Below are positions 8,844 through 21,000 of a stretch of DNA of 64,000 nucleotides, in pieces; position 1 is the stretch's first letter, and the number at the start of each line of letters is the position of its first letter. Under the pieces are notes generated by a model, which was not told the origin of the DNA, made no database searches, and saw only the letters and a list, made by a program, of their open reading frames with translations. Origin of the DNA: Nitrospirales bacterium (GTDB lineage: Bacteria > Nitrospirota > Nitrospiria > Nitrospirales > UBA8639); NCBI GenBank assembly GCA_965223295.1, contig CBDCWC010000002.1:64001-128000 (forward strand), written 5' to 3'. Both the position numbers and the translations under genes were made by a program.

Positions 8844-10972
8844 TGTCTCCGGCGTCTCCACAAGAAGATATTGCCCTTCCCCCATTACGAGATGATCTAC
8901 AAATCCTGTCTGGCACTCCTACGGCAGAAGGAGTGCCCACTTGGAATATTTTGGATCCCGTCCGGCATCAATACTTTCAAATAGGCTGGGCGGCATTTCA
9001 ACTTCTTTCCCAATGGCATCTGGGGTCAGCAAACAAGCTTATCGAGGTGGTCTCGAGCTCTACGACAGCCAAGGTGTCACAACGGGATGTCATGGAACTG
9101 CTACAGTTTCTCTATCGGCACAATCTCACCAGAGAGGCACCCATGGGAGGCAGCAAAGGCCTCTATGCCCAAGCCGAGCAAAGCAAGCAACATTGGCTCC
9201 TGAAACTTCTCCATAGCTATCTCTTTTTTAGAATTCCGTTGTTCAATCCCGATCGGTTCCTGCAACGAACGTCGCCCATTGTCGCTCCCCTCTATACGAA
9301 AGCAGCCTTGATCCTGATTGTGCTTTTGGGGGTGGTGGGATGCGTGGGGATTGTGCGGCAATGGGAATCATTTGCGAATACGTTTTTGTATTTCTTTTCC
9401 CTGCAAGGGATGACGGCGTATGTGTTGGGATTGCTGGGGATCAAAATCTTGCATGAGTTAGGACATGCCTATACGGCTGCCCGGTATGGCTGCCGGGTCC
9501 AGACTATGGGTGTGGGCTTTCTCATAATGGTGCCGGTCCTCTATACGGATACCACGGATTCTTGGAAATTGACATCCCGTTGGCAGCGTGCTGTGATCGC
9601 TGCAGCAGGGACAGTTGTTGAGTTGGGTATCGCTATGCTTGCTACGTTTGCATGGCATCTGTGCCCGGAAGGAGTCACAAAAAGTGTGCTCTTTGTGTTG
9701 GCCACCACGAGCTGGATCATGGGTTTGTTCATCAATCTGAATCCGCTGCTTCGCTTTGATGGGTATTACGTGTTGTCGGATTGGTTAGGGGTTCCCAATC
9801 TTCAATCACGAGCCTTTGCGTTTGGACAATGGAAGTTACGAGAATGGTTATTTGGCTGGGGGGATGCGCCTCCTGAGGAACTACCCGCTACGCGCCAGCG
9901 AATCTTGATAGGCTATGCTTGGGCGACGTGGGTCTATCGGGCGTTCATGTTTTTGGGTATTGCGGTGTTGGTCTATTATTTCTTTTTCAAAGTCTTGGGC
10001 ATTATTTTGTTTTTAGTGGAAATCGGATGGTTCCTGGCATGGCCGGTCTATCAAGAAATGCACGTGTGGTGGAAGCGACGTGATGAAGTGGCGCGTTCAT
10101 GGCGTGGGAGAGTGGTTGGTGCCCTTGTTATGCTGACGATGGTTGTAGGATTCCTCCCTCTAGATCGGATGGTGTCGATTCCAGCGGTCCTGGAGGCACG
10201 GGAGCGAGCCACAGTGTTTTCACCTGTTCCCGCCAAAATTGTCGACGTGCAAGTGAATGAAGGCGATCGAGTTCAAGAAGGCGATGCATTGATGGTGTTG
10301 GAGTCGCCCGTAACTGAGCAAAACATTCTGATGCTCGAACAACGGATCACGGCGTTACACGTGCGTTTGCAACGGGAAGCAGCGTTCCAAGAAGACCGAG
10401 ATGATCATCAAGTCTTGTGGGAACATCTTCAAGGAGAACTGAAAGAACTGGAAGGCTTGCTGAAAATTCGTGCCCAGTTAGTCCTACGGGCACCGTTTGC
10501 TGGATTGGTCACTGATACGACCTCTTCGCTGCATGAAGGCCGATGGGTTAAAGCTGAGCTTCCTCTCATGCATCTCATCAAACCAGAAGGAATGGTTGTT
10601 CAGGCGTATGCGACAGAAGAACAACATGCTCGAATTGGCTCACAGAGCGAGGGGTGGTTTTATGCGGACGACCCAGCTTTGCCTGCTCGACGGAGTCGCA
10701 TACAGGATCTTCAGGAAGTGGATGAATCACATTTTTCTCTGTCCTATTTGGCTTCGCTGTATTCAGGCCCTGTGCCCGTCCGCCAAGATGAGCAGGGCAA
10801 TCTCAAGCCCGAGACTTCTATCTATCGCGTTCTCTTGGATGTCGACGATGGAGGTGGTCACTGGCCTCAAGCCGTGCGAGGAATCGTCCAGGTTCAAGCA
10901 GAATCCCAGAGTGCTTGGGGACAACTCTGGGAACATGTCGCAGCGGTCTTTATCCGAGAAAGTGGGATGTGA
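8843..10972 (+). CDS. M50 (site-2) zinc metalloprotease fused to an N-terminal PqqD-like domain and a C-terminal HlyD adaptor
   Basis: 709 aa; HELGH zinc motif, NLNPLLRFDGYY (NxxPxxxxDG), multiple TM helices, C-terminal lipoyl/coiled coil (SPVPAKI, LRAPFAG); 1-nt overlap with the upstream gene. Confidence 0.9.
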   Translation: MSPASPQEDIALPPLRDDLQILSGTPTAEGVPTWNILDPVRHQYFQIGWAAFQLLSQWHLGSANKLIEVVSSSTTAKVSQRDVMELLQFLYRHNLTREAPMGGSKGLYAQAEQSKQHWLLKLLHSYLFFRIPLFNPDRFLQRTSPIVAPLYTKAALILIVLLGVVGCVGIVRQWESFANTFLYFFSLQGMTAYVLGLLGIKILHELGHAYTAARYGCRVQTMGVGFLIMVPVLYTDTTDSWKLTSRWQRAVIAAAGTVVELGIAMLATFAWHLCPEGVTKSVLFVLATTSWIMGLFINLNPLLRFDGYYVLSDWLGVPNLQSRAFAFGQWKLREWLFGWGDAPPEELPATRQRILIGYAWATWVYRAFMFLGIAVLVYYFFFKVLGIILFLVEIGWFLAWPVYQEMHVWWKRRDEVARSWRGRVVGALVMLTMVVGFLPLDRMVSIPAVLEARERATVFSPVPAKIVDVQVNEGDRVQEGDALMVLESPVTEQNILMLEQRITALHVRLQREAAFQEDRDDHQVLWEHLQGELKELEGLLKIRAQLVLRAPFAGLVTDTTSSLHEGRWVKAELPLMHLIKPEGMVVQAYATEEQHARIGSQSEGWFYADDPALPARRSRIQDLQEVDESHFSLSYLASLYSGPVPVRQDEQGNLKPETSIYRVLLDVDDGGGHWPQAVRGIVQVQAESQSAWGQLWEHVAAVFIRESGM

Positions 10973-11068
10973 AAAGTGGAAGAGTGGAAAGTGAACAGGG
11001 AGAAGCAAAACATTAGATATAGAGACGTTCCGATGGGGTGTCTTCTTTCTCGCTCCGTAACCGTTTCT

Positions 11069-11467
11069 TCATTTCAATAAGGTGAATTCAGAAGATTTGC
11101 TGGCCTGACGATCAAATGTCATTGTTGTGGTGCAATGCTTGCTGTGATTGATTCGACTCAAGAGATAATCTGCAAAATCTGCTGGATTGTTCCGATAATC
11201 CTCTAAGGCTTGCCAAACCACCTGTGGCTCGTCAACACGAAGTTGAGCCACGCGCAAAATTTGTTCAAGAGTTTTGATCAGGGTGTTCTTAGGCTGGTCA
11301 TAGCATCCTTCTAATACCCAAAGGGTTTCGCATAACACCAAATGATTGAGAAATCCTGGGTCGTCTTTTGTACAGGTTCCCTCGATTAGAACTGTCGCAG
11401 ATTTGGCTTGAGGAAGATCGTCCTGGACAAGGTATCGAACTAAAACGTTGGTATCAATCCCTATCAC
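11069..11467 (-). CDS. vapC: PIN-domain toxin (VapC family)
   Basis: 132 aa; MIGIDTNVLVRYL, ETLWVL, ADFAD and TFDR acidic PIN motifs. Confidence 0.92.
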   Translation of the reverse strand: MIGIDTNVLVRYLVQDDLPQAKSATVLIEGTCTKDDPGFLNHLVLCETLWVLEGCYDQPKNTLIKTLEQILRVAQLRVDEPQVVWQALEDYRNNPADFADYLLSRINHSKHCTTTMTFDRQASKSSEFTLLK

Positions 11468-11702
11468 CGCTTTTCCCTCGTTGTTTAATTACTGACCGCA
11501 TAGCTTCCAATGAAACTGATTGTTTGGGCCTTGGAATTAGGCCTTTCAAGGTCGTGACGTCTGAGGTCACCGGCCAGACAGTGACCTGTCCATTAGGCCC
11601 AAGCAAAAATTCGACTCGGTCCCCTGGTTGCAGCTGTAGCTGGTCTCGAATGACTTTTGGAAGGGTAATTTGCCCTTTACTCGTCAAGGTAGCAACAGAC
11701 AT
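11454..11702 (-). CDS. vapB: AbrB/MazE/SpoVT-family antitoxin
   Basis: 82 aa; TLTSKGQITLPKVIRDQLQLQPGDRVEF; overlaps the vapC start. Confidence 0.92.
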   Translation of the reverse strand: MSVATLTSKGQITLPKVIRDQLQLQPGDRVEFLLGPNGQVTVWPVTSDVTTLKGLIPRPKQSVSLEAMRSVIKQRGKSGDRD

Positions 11703-11727
11703 AAAAATCCTTTCTAATATTAATAAT

Positions 11728-11756
11728 CCTTACCATGCAGTAAGGGGAATGGTCAA
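11728..11756 (-). promoter_or_regulatory. vapBC promoter with putative autoregulatory operator palindrome
   Basis: CCTTAC-catgca-GTAAGG inverted repeat at 11728-11745, about 25 nt upstream of the antitoxin ATG; TTGACC (-35-like, minus strand) at 11756-11751. Confidence 0.55.
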
Positions 11757-12020
11757 GAAACTCGTGGACCTTTTATTTCATGAAAGTCTTAAAGTTTTTT
11801 ATAAATGCCAAAGCCGAGCAATACCTTTTCAGTCAAGAGAATCTCCAACAATGGTGAGTAATCTCAAAATAACTGGGCAACATATTCCTCTGATTCCGTC
11901 AAGAGATTCACTAAATGCCCGACAAGGAAATGAGGTCCCCTCGTTTGAGGGAGGAGAGGCTTCTACCCAATACACTGGGGAATAGTTCTCACCCTGATGA
12001 TATAGACAGGAAGCTGAACA

Positions 12021-15000
12021 ATGAAAAAGATGAATTGTAAGCCCGCCACATTGGAGTCGGCCCAAGAAAAGAAAAGTAGGCCGTCTAAGGCCGGGACCAC
12101 TAAAAAGAAAAAGAATCCACCCTTGGAAGAGTTCGAAGTGATAGAGCCATCTGGGGGAATCGGGACGCTGGTAGCTCTAGAGCCTCGTATCATGTTTGAT
12201 GGGGCAGCGGTCGCCACTGGAGCCGAGGTCATCCAAGACGCCATGACAACGGATCAAACTCCAATCCCCGGAAGTGATGGAGATATGCCTGCTGGTCAAG
12301 ATACTGCTCAAAACTCAGATGAGATCCTCTGGTCGTCTGGTCTTTCACTCTCGGCTCCCTCGGATCGTAAGGAAATTGTGTTCATAGATACGAGTGTGGA
12401 TGACTATCAAACACTTATGGCAGGCATCGATCCCAATGCGGAAGTTATTCTCTTAGACCCTACCCGTGATGGCATTGAACAAATCGCAGAGATTCTCGGG
12501 GATCGCTCGGATATTGATGCCATCCATCTCATTTCACATGGAGATCCAGGGGAGCTGCAACTCGGCACAGGGACACTTAACCTTGCGTCGATGCAAGGGG
12601 AGTATGCCGACGAACTAGCCATTATAAGCCAAGCCTTAACAGAAGAAGCGGATTTTCTCATCTACGGCTGTAATTTTGGAGAAGGCGAATCTGGCAGTAA
12701 TGCCGCCACTCTCCTAGCCGAACTGACCGGGGCGGATATCGCCGCTAGCATCGACCTCACAGGGGCCGAAGCGCTGGGCGGCGACTGGGATCTTGAAGTG
12801 CAAACCGGCTCTATTGAAACGGCCGTAATTATTGATGAGCAAGTGCAAGAGGACTTTGCTGGCGTTTTAGATATCACCACGGGGTTAGTTGGTAATTGGA
12901 CGTTTGATGCGGACGCCACTGATTCAAGCGGCAATAATTATGACGGAACCTTAACTGGTGATGCGTCAATTGATACCGCAGATGCCACAGATATTGTAGG
13001 AGAGGGCAAGCTTTCGCTGGATGGCAGCGGGGACTATGTTGATCTCTCGGCCCATGTAGCAACCTTCAATAGCTTTTCGGAAGGCACGATTACCGCCTGG
13101 GTGAGGACCACCGATTCCGGCGAGAGCGTCATTTTCGACATGACGGACAACGATGGCAGTGGCGAGGTGGCGAAGTTTGGCATAGAGGCCGGCGGGCAAC
13201 TGAAGTGGCTGACGTTCAATGACGTGGGTGGCTATGTGATTGCCTATAGTGATGCGACCGTCAATGATGGAAACTGGCATCATGTCGCAGTCACCGTCGG
13301 GGCAGGCGGCAATACCCTGTATATCGATGGCGCAGTGGTCAGTGTGACCTATTCTGGGGGAAGCAGCTCAGATTCCGACTTTCTCAGTGCGATTACCGGT
13401 GCCGATTCGGTGAGCATTGGCCGCTCGGAGTATACCGGGAGTACTGCCGACTACAGTGGATTGGTCGATAACGTACATTTGTACAATCGGGTCTTGAGTC
13501 TCGGAGATATCCAAGAACTCATGGCCGAGGCCCCAACCTCTTATGGCGAAATTGGGCACTGGACCTTTGATGCGGATGCAACGGATTCGAGCGGGAATAA
13601 CTACGATGGAACGCTGACCAATGGCGCCACCGTCGATACGACCGATACGACCGATCAGGTGGGTGTGGCCAAACTGTCGTTGGATGGGACGAATGATTAT
13701 GTTGATCTCTCTAGTCACGTATCCAATTTTAGTAGTCTCAATGAAGGCACCATTTCTGCTTGGGTCAACACCACCGGGACCTCCGAAACGATATTTTCAA
13801 TCTCTGATACGGCGGACGCCAATAGTTATGCCACCTTGTTTGTAGGGGTTTCCGGGTACCTCACGTTTGAAGTGTATGAAAATGGAACCCCATTGTTGGC
13901 GGTCTATAATGGGAATGGGGACACGATTAATGATGGGGCATGGCATCACGTGTCGATCTCAATGAGTGCGACAGGGCATAGTCTCTACATAGATGGACAA
14001 CTGATTGCACCAGGCGATCTGATCTATGATACAGGGTCATCAAGCACAAGTGCGTTCTTTAATGATGTTTCTGGCCTGGATGCCATGGCGATCGGACGCA
14101 TTGAAAACTCAAGTGGAGGACGATGGTATTCAAGCGGCTTGATTGATGATGTTCGTGTGCATAATCGAGCATTAAGCACGGCAGTTATTGATCAGTTAGC
14201 GCAAGAAGGGCCTGTTGCCAACGATGATACAGCGACGACTAGTGTAGACACTGCGGTAAATATTAATCTAACTGCAAACGACACTGATCTAGACAGCGAA
14301 ACCATCACGGTCCTTGATGTCAGCAATCCCACCAACGGCACGGTGGTGAATAATGAAGACGGCACCGTCACCTATACTCCCGATGGTGGTTATTCCGGGC
14401 CTGACAGCTTTACCTATCTTACGGCCGATCTGGATGACACGGTCAGCTATTGGCGGTTAGACGGCGATGCCACTGATGCGGTGGGGAGCAATGATGGGAC
14501 GATTACAGGCACGACCACCGTGGAAGGCCATTATGGGGATGCGCTGAGTTTCGATGAAGTCGATGACAAAGTGGTGATTTCTGATTTCGCGATCAATAAC
14601 GAGTTTTCCATCTCCTTTAAAATTAAAATCGATGATAACACGGGCTCGTTGTTTCAATATATCTACAGCCACGGGGATATCAATTCGACCAACAGCTTGA
14701 ATGTATTTCTGGTTGAGGCGTCTCATGGAGACCTTGCAGCCCAAAATAAATTGCGAACGGTCATTCGTGACACCAACGATACCCTCTTAAACACGGCTTT
14801 GGAATTTGATGCGAGTAGTATCATCGGGGATGGCAATTGGCACACCTACACCTTGACGGTGGCGGCAGGAGAAGGGGCCAAAGTCTATCTCGATGGGGTG
14901 CTGCAAAATACTGATGCGACGCGTGGAGGCGATGCCTTTGATCCTGGGACTAACCTCTATCTTGGAGCTAGGCAGGACCTCGATTCCAATCGGTTTTTCG

Positions 15001-18000
15001 GAGGAGCATTGGACAGTGTCCAAGTATTCAATCGTGCATTGAGTGCTTCTGAGGCCAATGAGACTCACACCGGCGGGAGTTCACTAGGGACTGTGAATGT
15101 TACAATTGATTCCAATGCCACACCGGTCAACACGGTGCCCGGGGCGCAGGCGGTGGCCGAAGATACTTCATTAGCGATCACCGGGATCTCGGTCAATGAT
15201 TCGGATGGAAATCTCTCCACGGTCCAACTCTCGGTCACCAATGGCACGTTGAGTGTCACCCTTTCCGGTTCTGCCGCGATTAGTGCAGGGGCTGACGGCA
15301 CCAATACATTGACTCTTTCTGGCACGCAAGCCGATATTAATGCGACTTTGGCCAGTCTCACCTATCAAGGCGATCTGAACTACACGGGCAGCGATACGCT
15401 GACGGTAACCAGCACTGACGCCAATAGCGCGACGGATGTCGATACCGTGGCAATCACGGTCAATGCGGTGAACGATGCGCCCACCGACTTATCAAGCGGC
15501 ATTGAGGTGAATACGGACGGTGGGAATGATGCCTACCTGATTGCCGACGATGGCGGTGCGATCTTGGGTGGCCTCTCGTCGGTGACCTTTGAGATCCAGT
15601 TTGCCACGGACGATACGAGTTCGTTTACGCCGCTTGTCTCCTACGCGACGGCGACGAATGACAACGAGTTCGCTTTTGTGTTCGCCGGAACTGATGCCTA
15701 TCTCTACATCGCAAACAACGACATTCTGCTCAATAGTATTGACTACACGAGTCTCAGGGATGGAACGCTGCAGCATCTGGCCGTCACCTGGGACAACACG
15801 AATGGGGATTGGGCAGTTTACAGCAACGGCGTGCTCATTGAGCAGGGCACGGGTCATGAGGTGGGCAATACCATTGAGGGCGGGGGTGAGCTGGTGTTCG
15901 GTAACGAACAGGATGCGCTGGGCGGTTCTTTTCAATCCAACCAGGCGTTCAAAGGCACCTACTACGACGTCCGCATCTGGAACGATGTGCGAACCGCCGG
16001 TGAGATTGCCCAGTATGATCAGCAGCAGCTCGCTCTGACACCGTCAGGAGCGGCAGCCATCGGCCTAGTGGCCAATTGGCAGATGGATGGTCTCGATGGT
16101 TCCAACCAGGTGGTCGATATCGTCAGTGGCAACAACCTGAGCATTGCGCATGCGAGTGGGACGGGATTCACTGCAGGAAACGTGGATTCACAACTGTCGA
16201 TCGATGAAAATAGTGCCAACGGCAGCCATGTTGGTTTTGTGACGACGCAAGACCCCGATGCTAGCGAAACGTTCAGCTATAGCCTCACTGATTCTGCTGG
16301 GGGACGGTTTGCCATCAATGCGTCCACGGGCGAGATCACGGTTGCCGATGGATCGCTGCTCGACTACGAATCGTCCACCTCCCACAGCGTTACCGTGCGG
16401 GTGACTGATTCCGGTGGGCTGACCTATGATGAGGTCCTTACGATTCAAATCAATGATCTCGACGAGGCGCCAGTCAACACGGTGCCGGGGGGGCAAACGA
16501 CCAATGAAGATACCACTCTCACCTTTAATACGACTAACAGTAATCTGATCTCCATTGCGGATGATGCTGGCGATACCTTGGTGGTCACCGTGTCAGTAAA
16601 TAACGGCACCGTGACATTGTCGGGCACGACCGGTCTGACTTTCACGGCTGGAGACGGGACGGCCGATGCCACGATGACCTTCTCCGGCACGGTGGAAGAC
16701 ATCAATGCCGCGCTGGATGGCCTGCAATACGACCCCACCACGGATTACTCCGGAAGCGATACGCTCACCATCACAAGCTACGATCAAACGCTCTACTCCT
16801 TGGATTTTGACGCCAACCTGCAAGGGTATTATCAGTTCGACAGCGCCGACCCTGGTAATGACAGCAGCCCAAGTGGGACGCTAGATGGCACGCTTAATGG
16901 CGACGCGACGGTGGTCACAGATGGAACAAGAGGGGATGTGCTATCTCTAGATGGTACCGGTGACTATGTGGAGATTGCCGGAACATTATCAAATCCCACC
17001 AACGTCACCCTTTCCGCTTGGGTGAAATATTCTTCCGCCCCGGCCAATGGGGGTGAAGTGATCTCTATCGGCAACGACATCGCGTTGCGAGTTGATGATT
17101 GGACACAGGGGGTAACGGGATTCTTCTGGGACGGGACCACTCATCAATTTGTTGGAAGCAATGTCAGTTTGGCCGATAACAGTTGGCACCATATTGCGTT
17201 TTCCTTCGATGATGGTGCGAACACTCAAAGTCTCTACATTGATGGGACTTTAGTTGCTTCGGGGAACTTTACCTCTTCCATTACCTATACTGGCTGGTTC
17301 CCTCAAACGACGATCGGAACCCACGCTGATTTGGGCGACTCTAGTTTTGACTTTAGTGGGTTGATCGATGACGCCCGAATCTATGATCGCGCCTTATCCG
17401 CCAGCGAAATTCAGGGATTGGCCTCCGCGCCGGTCACCGCCAGCGACACCGATACGGTGGCTATGATTGTGACTGCAGTGAACGATGCGCCGGTGAACAC
17501 GGTGCCAGGGGCGCAAGTGGTTCTTGAGGATTCCGCGTTGAACATCACGGGCATTTCCGTGAATGACGTGGACGGCAATCTGTCCACTGTCCAGCTGTCC
17601 GTCACGAACGGGACACTGAATGTGACTTTAAGTGGCGCGGCGACGATTAGTGCAGGGGCGAACGGAACGAACACTCTGACCTTGAGTGGGACCCAAACCG
17701 ACATCAATGCGACGTTAGCTAGCCTGACTTATCAGGGTGCTCTCAATTATGTCGGGGGTGATACATTGACCGTGCTCTCAACGGACAGCAATGCGGATAC
17801 TGATTCTGACATGGTCACCATCACCGTCAATCAAGATAATGATGCGCCGGTGGTCACCGCTAGCGGTGGGGTGACGAGTTATGCCGAACAAGCGACTGCC
17901 ACTGTGATTGATAGCGCGGTGACCTTAGTAGACCCCGATGGTTTTGATGGGACCGATCCGTCGGATCAGTATGTGGGTGTGGTTCAGATCACAGGGAATT

Positions 18001-21000
18001 ACGAGGCGGCAGATATTTTGGGCTTTACCAACACCTCGAAGATTCAAGGCAATCTCGTAGGCGATACCTTGACACTCACGGTCATTGGCGGGCAGACCGC
18101 GACGGTTGCGGAGTTTGAGGCGGCCTTGCGCACCGTCACTTTCTATAACGGAAGTGATACGCCAGGAGTGTTGGATCGGACGATTACCTTTAGCTTTGAT
18201 GATGGAGTGGATAGCTCCAACTCATCTACGAAAACGGTGCAATTGTCAGCCGTGAATGATCAAGCTATTGCTGATCTTAATGGGGTGGATGGGGGAGGAA
18301 ATAATTATTCCACGACCTTTACGGAAGGATCGAGTGCTGTCAATGTCACTGATACCGATGCCACACTGAGTGATGTAGATCACTCCACATACGATTCCAT
18401 CGGCATCAATTTGTCCGGCTTTGTGGATGGGAGTAATGAAAAGATCACCATCGGAGGTTATACCTTCACGTTTGGCACCGCAGAAACCGTTGTCCGAACT
18501 GTCGGGGCCACGGATTTTGAGATCGACTTTGATGGGAGTGGCTTTTCTATACAAAAAAATATCAGTGGCGAAATGCCGGAGGCAGACCTGCAAACTCTCC
18601 TTCGTGGCATCACGTACGAAAATATTTCAGAAAACCCGACTATTGGGAATCGTACCATCGATTTTATTCCCCAAGATGGTGATGCCTTGGTCGGACAGAC
18701 CTCTACCAGCACCATTACGGTAGCCGCTACCAACGATGCACCCGTTATTGCCAATTTAGGCGGTGATGCGCTCACCTACACCGAAGGTGATGGAGCCCAA
18801 GTAATTGAGCAGAGTGCCGATGCTGCCGTTTCGGATGTGGATAGTTCCAACTTCGATACCGGCACCTTAACGGTTTCCTTCCAAGCTGGCAGTGATTCCG
18901 CCGAAGACATCTTGAGTATTCGCAACCAAGGCACGGGGGCAGGGCAGATTGGCGTGAGTGGTTCAAATGTCACCTATCAAGGGGTCACGATCGGCACATT
19001 CACTGGGGGATCGGGTGGGACCGATCTGGTAATTACCTTGAATGCCAGTGCTGATGCAGATGCCGTCAGCGCCTTAATCCAAAATATCACCTATGAGAAT
19101 ACCGATATCGATAATCCCACGACTGGTGCCCGCACCGTGCGTTACATTCTGACCGATGGGGATAGCGGCACGAGCGCCAATTACGACACGACCGTGACAG
19201 TCAGCGCGGTCAATGATATGCCTATCATCACGACCTCCGGAGGAATTTCGATTGACGAAGATACCTCGGGCACGATGATGCTTTCCATCAATGATCCTGA
19301 CGTTGGCAGTGGAAACCTTCGAGTGACACTGACCGTCAGCAATGGATTGATTTCTTTAGCTTCCACCACTGGGCTGACCTTCACAACGGGTGATGGTACC
19401 AGTGATCTTACGATGACCTTCGAAGGCACCCAAGCCGATGTGAACACGGCCTTAGCCACGATCACCTATACACCAAACCCGGATTATACGGGATCAGATT
19501 CGCTGAGTTATTCCATTAATGATTTGGGGAATACAGGTGGACCTGCCAATACGTTTAATGCGGCTGTGGGCATCACCGTGAATTCTGTCAACGACGCGCC
19601 GGTCAATACAGTGCCGGGGGCGCAAGTGGTGGCGGAAGATACCGCGCTGAATATCAGCGGCATTAGCGTCAATGACGTGGATGGTAATCTGAGCAAGGTG
19701 CAGCTGGCGGTAACCAACGGGACCTTGAACGTGACGCTCTCGGGCAGTGCTACGATTAGCACGGGTGCGAATGGGACGAGCACCTTGACCTTAAGCGGCA
19801 CGCAAGCTGACATCAATGCGACCTTGGCGAGCCTCAGCTATCAAGGGACCCTGAACTATACCGGGGCGGATACGCTGACGGTGACCAGCACTGACGCTAA
19901 CAGTGTGACAGACGTCGATACGGTGGCGATTAATGTCGGATTGTTTGTGACCACGACCAGTGATGTGTCCGATGGCGATACGTCCTCCACTGCGGCTCTG
20001 TTGGCGAACATGGGGGCTGATGGATTCATCTCTTTGCGAGAAGCCATTGAAGCGACCAATAACACGCTGGGCTTGGACACCATTAGTTTTAACATTGGAT
20101 TAAGCGATGCTGGACATGTGTATTACCAAGATGATGCGATTGGTGGATCGCTTTCGACAATAGTGAATACGACGTTAGCGGATGGCAGTATTTCAGACTT
20201 TGATGCCGATTATGTTGGTGGTGCTGGGCAAGGTTTTTCTTGGTGGCAGATTGAACCTACCTCTCTGTTACCGAGCATTACCGATTCGGTGATTATTGAT
20301 GGGTCGACGCAAGCTGGGTGGCAAGCCGGGCGTCCGGTCATTGAACTCAGTGGGTCGTTGGCTGGGACGGGAGCGAATTTCAATGGCTTGACCCTCAACT
20401 CAGCAGCCGGCAGTACGATTCGTGGTTTGGCGATTAATCAATTCGATTGGGCTGGCATTCAGCTCAATGGCGGCGGCGGACATACGATTGTTAGCAATTT
20501 TATTGGCACGGATATTACCGGCACCCAAGACTTGGGCAATCGAATCAACGGGATCGAGGTGAGTTCGCTTAATAGTAACAATGTGATTGGTGGGACCACG
20601 TTAGTTGATCGGAATGTGATTGCTGGAAACGACCAAGGGGAGATCACGTTAGGTTCTGGCACAGGGAATATCGTGCAGGGTAATTATTTGGGTGTGGATG
20701 TCACAGGGATGAATCGGTTGGGTAATAGCTATGGATTGCGTATCTATGGTGACAGCAATCAAATCGGGGGAACCGGCGCAGGAGAAGAAAATGTCATTGC
20801 TGGGATACGTTTAGAAACCAGCGCGCAATCCAATACCTTTGAAGGCAATTTTATTGGAACCAATGCAGCTGGAACAGCATCCATCGGGGGGACCTGGGGG
20901 ATGGTGGTGTATGGATCGGATAATGTGATTGGTGGCACCGCCACGGGGGCTGGCAATGTGATTGCTGGGAATTCCTCAATCGGCATCTTGTTATCGGGGA

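Noticed and set aside
11832-11910. Direct repeat GTCAAGAGA(A/T)TC upstream of adhesin 2
   Set aside because: Only two short copies 66 nt apart, with no clear match upstream of adhesin 1 or tolC; could be chance.
11368-11985. 205-aa plus-strand ORF
   Set aside because: Overlaps vapBC in antisense, has a TTG start and no recognisable motif.
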